A stretch of DNA of 62,515 bases, counting the filler, from Choristocarpus tenellus KU-1152 (lineage: Eukaryota; Protista; Phaeophyceae): assembly GCA_964200185.2 (NCBI GenBank). It is 12 parts of 12 records of this genome, joined end to end, with 100 filler letters (N's around TTAATTAATTAA, not from the genome) between each part and the next. Parts side by side here need not be neighbours in the genome. Positions count along the whole stretch, not along the records: positions 50,414 to 53,600 come from CAXNAD020021677.1; positions 53,701 to 62,515 come from CAXNAD020004298.1; 10 more parts are not named here. One strand, written 5' to 3'. How positions within the stretch are numbered: position 1 is the stretch's first letter; each line of letters starts with the position of its first letter. A program made the translations under genes and the position numbers. Below, one piece after another: positions 51,602 through 62,515 of this stretch. The notes under the pieces are model-generated. The model was given only the letters and a program-made list of their open reading frames with translations. It ran no database searches and was not told the DNA's origin.

Positions 51602-53530
51602 GTGGTATGCAGACGGAGTACAGTACTGTGAGCGGAATCGAGCTGATGCTCTAAACCAAGGCGCATCAGACTGGCCCTTCCATCAGGTCAGACATCCAAC
51701 CATTTCCATTACTATTACTACTACTATTACTACTACTTCTATTTATAACGCTCCCCAAACGATCTCCTCACAAACTTTATTTGTCATTTTCCACCCTGTC
51801 CCCCCACCCACCTTTTCATCACTCTTTACTCCCCCGCCCCCGCCCCCCCAAACTTCATATTGAATGTGTATGTGTATATACCCTTCAACTTGCGTTGTGA
51901 ATGTGTATGTGTATATTGAAAATACACTGCAGGACATGATCCTGACCCTGGGTGTAGCTGTGGGCCGAGACCTTTTTGGTTCTGAGGTGTTGGTGAGGTC
52001 ATCGGACCTCCCATCATGGCTATTGGCCTCTGATGTGAACGCATTGGGCTATGAGGGATTGTGGTGGGCTGAGGCACTTGGTGTGGGGGAGGGGGCTGGG
52101 GGTGTTACTGATGATGAGGGATTGTATTCGTTGTATGAGAGGGAGGGCGTTTTGGCATTTTCAGATGAATTTGATGGTGAGGGGCCAAGACTGGAGTACT
52201 GGTGGAGGCATGAAGAGGTGAGGGAGGAGAGGGGGGGGAAGATGTTAGGTAATAGGTTAGGGTTAGGGTTAGAGATCTGTCGTAGAAGGTCATGAGGGAG
52301 GAGGGGGGAGGAGGATGAGAGCAGGCTAACATGTGGGTTTAGTTGACTTGATTGTTCCATGTTTATTTTATGTTAATCTGTTTATTTGTTGCAAGATCAA
52401 GAGTATGTGTACAGTGTATTGATGTGGTGGTAAGTATATTAAAAAAAAATGTTGTTACTTGAAATGCCCTTGGACCCTCTTGGATTGTTTATTGTTAATT
52501 TTTTTTGTTTATTGCTTATTGTTTTAGGGCTGTAGAATTGCTTCTCGTTAGCGTCGTTACTATTTTTCCATATATTATTTTTGTTACTAGTATTTTGTGT
52601 ATGTTACTTTGTTTTTGAATAGTTTTGTGATGTTTTTTTTTCTACAAGCGGGTAGTGTGTCTTGTGGTTTATCTCTGAGAGTAGAGTGGCAGCATTATTA
52701 TTGTCGATCGTATTAATAATAATAATAATAATACTATAACAATAGGTTGTACAGTTAATACTATGTAGTACGTTGTGTGGCGTATTAACTGAATCAATTT
52801 CAAAGGTTTCCCTTCCTGAACTAAACACAGTTCTTGGTACCCCTAGCTTCAGTTCACTATTCCTTTTATATTTTCCTACGCCTTGTTCAGTTCTTGTATC
52901 CTATTTTTTTTTTCCAATAAAGAGTCAGAAAAAATATGCATAGATCTTTTTTACTGGAACAAAAGTATAATGATTATTGTGATAGTCAGCATTGCAAATA
53001 GTGCTACTTCATGTTCTGTCTTTGGTGCGAGACAAGTTCCCATGGATACAAAAAAAAAGAAGTGTAACTGTGACTGTAACTGAAACATACGACAGTCTGT
53101 TCTGCTGAAAAAAAAGTCAGGTAGAATAAATATAATAATGATGATATAAAACAAATATTATTTTTTTTAATGATTGTAGTACTATTAATACAATGGTATG
53201 ATGATAAATGTGGCCATGTCTTTTGCTGCAGTTCTTTAGAGGATCTTTTGTGGATTATGTTCCTGGTCGGACTCCAATTCCCTAACCTTGACTAAGAAAC
53301 CCTAACCTGGATATCCATGATGTAAGGCCTGCCCGCATACAATGCACCCACGATAGTCATACCTGTTCCTTGTCTGTGTGAAGGGCAACGGCTGTGAGAT
53401 TGGCATATGTGGTTTTGGGAATAAAGAGGCACAATGGTACCGAAAGGAGAATGCCTTTGCAAGGGATGGAAACCTTGTTATTGTTGCCAAGGCTGAGCAG
53501 TTTGAAGACAACATTTTCACCTCTGCTAAG
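51602..53530 (+). CDS. Glycoside hydrolase family 16 (laminarinase/beta-1,3-glucanase-like) protein with at least two tandem GH16 modules, internal part
   Basis: Exon 51602-51686 reads WYADG...WPFHQ. Exon 51933-52217 reads DMILTLGVAVG...LAFSDEFDG...WRHEE. Exon 53384-53530 reads GNGCEIGICGFGNKEAQWY..EN...DGNLVIVA..E.....TSAK. The end of one GH16 domain runs into the start of another. Confidence 0.85.
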
Positions 53531-56500
53531 GTATGGAAGCCTTCCAACATACTAGGAACTCTTGCTTTTGTTACAGTGGTCTTACTATCTCCCGTCACTC
53601 NNNNNNNNNNNNNNNNNNNNNNNNNNNNNNNNNNNNNNNNNNNNTTAATTAATTAANNNNNNNNNNNNNNNNNNNNNNNNNNNNNNNNNNNNNNNNNNNN
53701 ATTGGCCCACACCCCCCCTGTTTCTATCCCCCCCCCCCCATCAAATATTTTAGCTGGCACCGACAGTCAAGGCGACACTGGCACTTGCTGGAGCATTAAA
53801 TGGATGGCAGTACGGTCTCCTTCGTTCTGTGACACCTCTTGCTGATAGTGAAGAGGCTGTAGACTGGAAAGTTGACTCAGAAATTGAAGCCTTTCAGAAA
53901 TCGGTAGTATCAACAGCATCTGTTGATGTGTCGACTGGACCCACTGTTGCTTCCGAAGGCGAAATTGGAGATGCTGTGGAGGTGGCAGGGGAGCTAACTA
54001 GCACATTGGTCGAGAAAGAGCTGGTGGAAGGATGAGGAGTTGATTGTGTCTGTGCAACATGTCAGGCGTTTTTTTGTGGTCAGCGACTGGGTGGAATGAT
54101 ACAGGGGGGTGCTGGTACTCCCATAGCTCAAAAGCTAATGGAACACACTGCTGATCAGTGCAGTTTACTTGATTTTTTATTGATAACATACATAGTTAGG
54201 TGTTTAGAAGAAGTATGACCATGTTGGAGACTCAGGCCTTCGTTAAAATAGTGATGATCGTTTTTCAAGGATGGTGTGTGCTGAGGGCAGGAGGCACGAA
54301 ATGGGAGCACAGGGAAGTTTCAAAGTTTTTGCATGTATTTCAAGCCAAGCGATCCTACTGTTAATAGGTACAGCTCTACACTAAATTGTTCATCTCAACT
54401 GGACAGGCTGGAGGGGTGAATTGCAGATATTCTATTTTTTTCCTCAACAGTTGCGTTGAAGGCATGTTGCAGTACAAACTATTATTTTTTTGGTGCAAAT
54501 TATGCTTGTATTGGCAAGTCCTGTACCTTGTAACGGGTAAGTGGGAGTACTAAAGCTCTAGTGAATATCATCAGAGCAGATAGTTGTTGCAGTCAGGTTA
54601 GACTGTGTTCTCACAACCCTGTAATTAGCACATGTATTTGATGGGAAGAGTACCTTGGTCAAGTAATATTGGGTTGTCCACATAGAGATTTGAGAAGCAT
54701 CTGCATGAGCAATTCTGACCCTTGTCGAGGGTGTCTTGGTTGATGTCAAGAGGCTCGATCGAAGGGTATTGTGTCCTATGCTGTCAATAGTATGAGCACT
54801 ATGTCGAGTGGAGAATCTTGACTAAAGGGTTCAGAGCACCCAAAGTTTGAAGCTTCGGTCTTGAGGAGCCTTGTAAGAGAGTGATTGATGTTGCAGTTTG
54901 AAGGCTGTCATAATACCAAGTTTAGTTCCCTCACAGTCTGTTCTTGTTTATGAATCACATGAATGAGATCGCATTGGTACAGATGATTCTCATGGAGTGT
55001 GTTTGTGCTTCATTTAGCAAATGTAGATTGTGATGCGTGTGAAGGGACATGAACGAGGTGTGGCTTGAGGCTTCATTGTGTATTGCAGTAGCACCTTCCA
55101 GAATACTGCACTTTCTTTGTTACGAACGCGGAATGAGACTTGTGAGCTATAGCTGGTGACATCCCAATTTTTTTGGGGGGGTAGTATCATCAGCTAATTT
55201 GTAACTTGTGAGTTCTGACTTGAGGCCCTACAGGCTTGTACTTTCTCCTTCCAGCACTACTTCGAACAGGTTGAAGGGTGGGATAAATACTGTACCGGGA
55301 TTTTTTTTTATTTCAGCCTTGCAGCGGGCGGCATAGAATAGGTATATAGTAGACGTACGTCGGATTTTATGACCTCCATAATAAATAGTGAGAACCTTGT
55401 ATCATCTTCAAGATTTATAGCCTGCCTTGCAAATTGTGTGATCTGGTGCTGAACGGAGGAAGAACTTTCTTTTGGTGACCTGTGCCAGTTCAATACATTT
55501 TAATGGTCTCCCACTGAATTGTCCACCACGATGTCTTGCCAATCCCTCCTGAGGCAGTAGGGATGAAAAGATTAGGTTCGCTTCTTCATTGCGCATCTAT
55601 TTTCGCACCACACACCCCTCCCCATTCCACACACACACACATCATGTACAAAAGATGACCTAAAGTACCAAACCTCACATGAAGAGGATTCAAACACAAT
55701 ATGACTTCAGGCAAGATTGATGCCATTCTTGGAAATCCTGTACACTTGTTTGTACAATATAATGTGCCCTCGTTTGTAAGGTGACCTGTCAAGCTGGCAA
55801 CTACTATACTGAGCTGAAGTAAACGAGAGGTACCCAGTTTTTCGACCCTGCCCCTAACCCTAATCCATTTTTTCAATCTTCTGCAATCCACCCATATTTC
55901 CATGGATGAAGTGCCAAGTTTGACTCGAGAGGGTTTATTTCTCTTTTGTTTGAACTTTTCGACATAATTCGGAAAAAATCCTGCTCACACTGGACAAAAC
56001 CCAAAAATTTCCACATATTTGCCAACATCTTTAGAGTTCAACTCTGGGTACCTCACTTACTTTGACTCAGCATTGATAGTGTACCTGTCTGCCGTCCTTG
56101 CTTGTCACCTGCCCCTTACTTGGAACACTAATCAAAGTAAGGTTTATTGACTTGGGAAAGTCTCACCCAAACCGAGTACATCATATTCCGTAAGTCGTCA
56201 TTTTTGATAATCAAATGAGTGTATTGTGTATGTAAGGCATGCAGGACGCCCACCTGTTCTCTTCTTGGGCAGAGGATTTGGTTGGATGCAAACAACCAAC
56301 AACAAAGTGGTGACAGAAGCAGAGGGCACAACCATTTAAATATGTGCTGGTCAATGACGAAATGGACTTAGGATATCGTGATCAATGGGCGTCCTACGCA
56401 AAGGAATTACTGGTAATTCCATTTAGGGAGGGGCGAGTGTAAGTAGGAAAGTGCAGACTTGACAATTTTGCTGCAGTATAGGGCAAACCTCACTTGAGCA

Positions 56501-57379
56501 AGGTCAGCAAGGATTTTGGACACATAAATCAATCTGGTTGAGGCTGTGAACCTAAGTACACAACAAACTGATGTGACCCCTATTTTGCAGACCAAGGAAT
56601 GCACAGTTTTTGGTATTGTTACGACTACTTCAGAGTACGTCATGTGAACACTCTTGCTTAGACACAAGGCCTTGAACTGAACCATCCTACATTGTTAGTG
56701 GATCTATTTTGACCCTTTTGGTAATTTAGGGCCTTCAAAAACTTTTGTCTCGACATCTAATTTCCATGCCTGACATGCAGCTAACCCCTCCTAGGAGGCT
56801 GTTTTGACTGTAGAACACAAGACTTGCGATCGTCCAATTGAATGTGAAATCGCCCTCCAGAGTGCTAAATGCATATCCATCAGAAAGTAGTCCCAGGGGC
56901 CCCAATACTTAGCGAGGTCTGCTGACACAAGAGATTGGACTGTGCATACAGCTCTTAGCTGCGACACTAACAATACATCGATTCTTAGGGCTAGCACCAT
57001 CAACAATTGAGAGGGGTGAAATTGTTTATCATAGAAATGAAAAGTCTTGAGCTGGCGCCCTTTTTATGGTTTGGAAAAGAATAACATATAACATTATTAT
57101 CTATGCCCCCAATCACCACAGCAGGTTGGAGGCTTGGGGACCCTACCATCTATAATTAACAATCCAAGTACTGCAGTTTAAGTACACAACAATGCTTGCC
57201 AAGTTCTACAGGAGTCTAGGTCTAGAGGGGAGCAAGGAACAGGTGGTCAACCTATTACTAGTCTCTACATCAAAATAAAGGTGTGCCTTGTTCTTGATGT
57301 CTTCATCTCTCTCCATGTTCCTGGTTGTAAAAAGGTGGAGGCGTGTATTGAAAGGCATCACTACACTGATTCGTCATAT

Positions 57380-59221
57380 TTACTCAGAGAGAAACCGTAT
57401 AGGATAGTCTGTGCCCTCCCACTCTAAAAACAATCCAGAGACCTCATCCTCGTCCTTTGTTACCAAATCAGGTGCTAAGCACAGCTCACTGTTGCCCTTG
57501 AAATTGATTCGAGTGCCTGCATCCCCACTCCCAGAACTATCTATCGCAGGTCTTGTCTTACCCATGTAACTCGGGTTTTCTGGCTTTGCCAGTATTTGCT
57601 CACCAAGCTTCACTGCAAGCTGTGATCGTACAAGACCATATCCCTCATTTGGCAGACAGCATGCCCTTTCTTTTCTACAACTGCCCACTGTTCCCCAGAG
57701 CGTGGGGTGGTACATACGTCCACTCCTTTGCGAGACCCGTAGGCTCGCAGGATTCCAAGGAGTCAAAAGTCCTCCAGAAGACACAAGGCAGTGTGAGGTT
57801 GTGATTGTGTGTGTACCAGCACTATTTCCCAGTTTGGCCTTGACGTTCTTTTGGTTTGATGCGGTTGCAATGAGATCATTGAAAACTATCGGGACGTCCA
57901 ATGGTAGGACGAAGTTGAGCTCACGGCCTGGGGAGAGCAAAATATGGCAGTGGGAATATCGTTCCTTAATTATGCAGGAATGAGTGCCAATGGCTAGACA
58001 AACACAATGTAGTACAGTGCAATGGAGGCTGAGCCAGAATCTGGTTGTTGCAAGATGGAGGGGTGACTCCAGATGTTTCCCAAGGGGTAAAGATTTGAAT
58101 GAATTACCTTCTGCTTGAGTCACCCAATACACTCTCTGCCCCGGCCCTGAACTAGGACCATCACAATATATTCATACCCTCCCAGTGAGGTAGGTCGAGA
58201 AAACGGCGTTTCCTACAGTGAGTGGATCTCTACTCGAGGATGATTATTTGCTGCACAGCAATGTTTCTTATCCTACTGCCTTTTTCGAGCACAGAAAGCA
58301 ACGTTTGTAGAGCGAGAACATCTCAATTCGAGGACTAATAAATGCTTCAATCCCAAAAACAAACATGCATCATCACCATTGCATTCTCTACGGTCACTTT
58401 TGCGAAGACGTAGCCACCTTACCGCAGGGAGAGACGAACGGATAGGAGGGATGTCGTGTCGGAACGAGGTTATTTGGCTTCAGTCTCTTGAAGAAGCCAG
58501 AGAGGAACTGCACGGTGTCAACGTTGTGAACGTAATGGAGAAAAAGACAATCAGCGCCAAGGACAAGCATGCGGCTGGTCATGGACTATTAATGCAACAC
58601 CGCCTTCTTTTCGTCGGAATTCTCGACTTTCAATCGTGATATGCAATCGGGACTGAAAAAGCACGATCACCTTCCCACTCCCTATTTCCACTCACATACT
58701 CACATACTCACATTTTCGTCTTTCAAGGAGGATGTCATATTTTTCGGTGTTGTTTCTTCCAAGAATAGGCGACCTTGAAGATCGATGCTGTAGAAATACT
58801 TTTCGAAAAGGGAGAGAGAGGGATGTCATCAAAAAACCCTGCCTTGTCCAGTATACCACAACGCACCCATATCTTGTTTGGCATTCTAGATTGACCCTCG
58901 GCAAAGGGGTGGTTCGGCAAAAAAAGTGCCAGTGGCAACCGACCCTGAAGAACACGGACCCTACCTACGATCATTTCAAAAAGAAAACGAAGAAATGTCG
59001 GTGATGGTTGCTTTACATCATCTACCATCTACCCACCCTACCCTTTCTTGCTTCACCTCTCTTTTCGGGATCTCTTGCTTACAGTAATCTGGGTTATTTT
59101 TCTGTCCAATGCAATCAAAGATGACATTTTCCCCGGGTAATGTGGAGAATAAAGTATCCACACATCTAGGGCGGAACTTGAGACGGGTGGAGAGGAGGCA
59201 CCCTGACCCAACCAGTCTCAT
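57380..59221 (-). CDS. C8orf82: C8orf82 / UPF0598 (DUF4505) family protein
   Basis: Exons: about 59042-59221 (ATG, transit-peptide-like), 58712 to about 58798 (YFYSIDLQGRLFLEE..KN.TS.LKD), 58423-58507 (FL..FFKRLKPN..YPFVSPCG), 57380-57927 (RELNFV...DVPIVF...GRMYHP...GLVRSQLA). The first-exon boundaries are least certain. Confidence 0.85.
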
Positions 59222-59747
59222 GTTGGCGATTTGAAGGTTGTTAGGGTTTGGAATATGGAACGTTTTAAAACTGAGGAGGGATGTCTAATACAACTATCAT
59301 TATATATATATCGAACTATAGTTTGTACTATTCAAAATATTTATTCAAGTTTGAATATATATTTTTGTTTTTGTAAATGCGGTGGAATTAGGTGGAATTA
59401 TTTTTGGAGAATACCCTGCTACATGAATGCACCCTTGTCCCACTTTCAGTTTACTGGACTCGATAGTTGATGGCAGGTGCAACGAGTACGCATCCTCTCC
59501 CCAGGCTTTAACGAGAATATACGTGGGTGCTGAATTAGTGCTTTAATCGACAAGAATGCATCCCAGTGAAAAGGATAAGGGTTGTGTTTCGCTCGAGTTG
59601 GGATCAATCCCAACTCTCGGAGAATCAAGAATACACAACGTCCCTACCCTGTCCATCCCAGTCCACTTGGGCACGCCAACACTGTCATCCCCATCAACTT
59701 CTATTAATATTATCGTAGATAATCAGGGCTACGAGACGCAGGCGAGG

Positions 59748-62333
59748 ATGGTACTTGTGTGTAGAGATAAAAGTAACTGGTCTAGACCTGAAGCTTGCAC
59801 TTGCTGCACCTCACACACTTGATTCAACCACGGGCTGACTCCCCACGACATCCCTCCCGTTTCCTCTTCTCTCGGTGCTTCACAATATCCTAGGAGAGAA
59901 GACCGGATGAGTGGGTAGAGGCGAAGGACACGATAGGGACGAGGTTTTTATGGTTCGCAGCGATTCTTCAAATCATTAGCGCTGGTACAGGGTTGACTTT
60001 CTTGTTGTCTGCACATTCTGACCAGGTGAGCGAACGTCGTCACATTCTTATAGCCTTGTATGGGCAAAGCGACTTGATATATCACTTGCTCACGTCTTCT
60101 TTATCCCTAATAAGTTGGTGGCATCCTCTATTGTGTTCCAAAGTGGTCGACGCGATTCCCATCTCTCGGTTCGTTTGCAGATGTCCTGGAATATGGGGTG
60201 CTGGGGCGTGTGGACGGAACGCGGGGATACAACGGGACTGGATTGGATTCAGTTCGATTCAGATATAGGTTGGCGATTTTATAGCAAGGACGGCGAAACC
60301 GGGGCACTGGAGGACATAAGTCGATATGCGTGGGCGATGGGGAATCTGGTGTCATTCGTGCATACCCTTGTGCTCATAGTTTCCTTTGGTTTTCTGATTT
60401 TTATTTGCGCAACGCTACGTTCAATCTCCGGAAGGGGCAAGAGGGTAACGGAGGTGGGGGAAGTTGGCAGTCAAACTGGAATCTCGAACTTCACTAATCA
60501 CCTCAAGCTCGCCAAGGTTTCCCACCGCTGGGTGTCACTCATGGGGAAGTGGATGGTCATAACTGGTACCTTCTGCCTTGTCGTGGGTTGCATTGGATTT
60601 TATCTGGCCATCTCATGGGACTTTACTAATGAAATGGAGGTGAGACAAACCGGCATAAAGTTCTACTTGTGAAAGCTACGATGGAATCTTGGTTGGCCTC
60701 TGTTCTCTGTCGAGATATTTCTGGATTGATTGCGAATCTGGCTACACAAGACTAGGTCTGACGGCAACATCAACGCGGCAGCGTAATCACTAGTGTGCAG
60801 ATGCCCATGCTACACTGAAGATTCTGTTTGCAATACTGTATACTCTTAAATTTATGGAATACATTTTCCCAATTTTTAGTAGGATATGAATTTGGCATTT
60901 CCCAGTAGAGACCCCCTCGTTCCACAGTAATGCCTGACGTGTGAACTATCCCAGACAAACGAGCTTATCTGCAAGCTTGTCACTCATATAGTCACAGCAG
61001 CTGTGATCAATTTTGGCAATGTGATATATTTCGTCAAGAGTTTTGCCTGGATTCTGCCGTTCTTTGTGCCAGAAACCTGAATTTACAACCTGCTAAACAC
61101 CTTGTATGTAGGTCCTCTTGGCTTGTTGATGGGCCAGTTCCACCATTGTGCTTGTCTTGTCCAGTCTGATGCCCACACTCTTTGACAAGACGAACCATGA
61201 AGAGGAGAGATATAACCACGTAACAACCCCACCTTCCAAAATCGCTTTCTGAAAGGTCAGAAACTATCATCTACCAACAACTTACATCTCCGTTAAAGGT
61301 TCATTGTAATGTTGACCGTGAGCAGTAGCAGATAAACCCCTTCCTCCCCTTAACACTTCATGAATCTCTGCAAGAAAGTGATGGAGAAGTTTGCCACCTA
61401 TTCCTTGTCAAATGTTTCACGCTTATGCTGCTACACTGCTTGACCACAACAGTGCAGTGGGATGGGTGATAGAGGGGAAATACAATTTATGCTTTGTTTG
61501 TAGATGTATTACGATGCATTACATTGTAGTCTTCACCAACAAAAACTTTGCACCAGAGGAAAATATTTTAGATCACCTGGGCCTTGAAAAAATTCGACCT
61601 TTTTAAACCAAGGAACATGTTCCATGGAAATGTAGTTGAGTGCTATCCCTAAACCTATGTTATATGTGTGTATGTATATACATACATCATCCCGATGAAC
61701 CCCATTAGTAAAGTAAAAGAACCCTATGAAAGGGTATGTTCTGTACTAGGTACAGGCATATTGGAGGAGGCGGATGTTTTTATTGTCCATATTTTCCGAG
61801 CCTGCATCATATGTGTGAGGTGTTTGCTGTCATAGTCCCAAATAATAGAGCTTATACTGGGAGCACTGTGATCCACCATGTACTCCAGGGTCTTCTCTGG
61901 CCCACCTCACAGTGCGTTAACCTTCTGAATGACAACCAACCTCTCCTGTGCTGCAAGAGGCGACTCATTTCGTTTTGAGTTCTGATTATTTGTCTGCTAG
62001 TTCCGAGAAGTTGTTGCTCTTCAACTTCTCGGAGTGTGTGTGAAATACATCTTCTCCCATTTTCACTTGCTCTCCAAAAGGCTGTTATCAGGTCTAGTGG
62101 CACAAGTATCACCTGCTCTGATGCCGTGATATGGCCTCTCTATGGCTATATTACCAACATCATTGCTGTTGTGGTATTGCTTGGGGGTGGAGTCATTATT
62201 CGCCGTGAAGCCTTGCTGTCCAGCCGAGAGCTTGAAGAAGCCGTTCAGATGTGGAAACAGGATACTAAAGAGATCATGGAGATGTATGCCAGGACCAAGA
62301 TGGTAGAAAATATGACCACCCTGGATTTCACAG
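59748..62333 (+). CDS. Four-pass membrane protein with claudin/PMP22-like topology; 3' end missing
   Basis: A putative ATG-only exon at 59748-59750, then 59894-60025 (TM1), 60181-60639 (Trp-rich loop, TM2, TM3) and 62081-62333 (WPLYGY, TM4, charged tail). Internal junctions are phase 0 with GT-AG ends. Confidence 0.65.
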
Positions 62334-62515
62334 GTAAGGGCAACAATGATGTTGTCCCCCCACCCTCAAAACAAAAAAAATGTAGCTGCACAACCTGCCC
62401 AAACCTAGAGCCTTCATTCTCCCTGACTCGTTTACCAATGACACCGAGAAAGTCCGTGTCATCCCCCCCCCCTTCCCCCCCATCTCCCCCAAATGACCTG
62501 CTTCATTATGCACTC

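Noticed and set aside
53760-57300. Ser/Thr-rich and other coding-like stretches
   Set aside because: They are interrupted by stops and show no identifiable family. They are probably decayed repeats.

Overview
This is not a contiguous locus. It is 12 separate eukaryotic contigs joined by identical artificial 100-nt spacers (44 N + TTAATTAATTAA + 44 N), so nothing can be inferred from neighbourhood across a spacer. The DNA is intron-rich and transposon-rich. It is most consistent with a brown alga or close photosynthetic stramenopile: TTAGGG repeats, a nuclear exon of a plastid-type HPF/PSRP1, flagellar CFAP45, and retroelement remnants that resemble brown-algal ones. Spliced genes reconstructed by hand, mostly with phase-consistent GT-AG junctions: PSRP1/HPF (one exon), an MLKL-like four-helix-bundle + pseudokinase, an unknown membrane protein, an Mx-like dynamin (frameshifted, with a Cys-rich insert), a helical/TPR-like protein, WDR6-like, fimbrin-like head-to-head with CFAP45, a tandem-GH16 glucanase, and C8orf82 head-to-head with a claudin-like four-pass membrane protein. 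Mobile DNA: two or three related MITE families with G(A/G)NT(C/G)AAAGTATCT ends and 4-bp target duplications (Sola2-like), a mariner transposase 3' end with a matching Stowaway-like foldback element, LINE and CRE-like remnants, a DIRS/Ngaro-type tyrosine recombinase remnant, and a decayed intronless HNH endonuclease gene. The top candidate for an undescribed system is the MLKL-like pseudokinase (8924-11730, minus strand), which has the architecture of a necroptosis-type cell-death executioner in a stramenopile alga. All protein family calls are by-eye motif recognition; no search was run.
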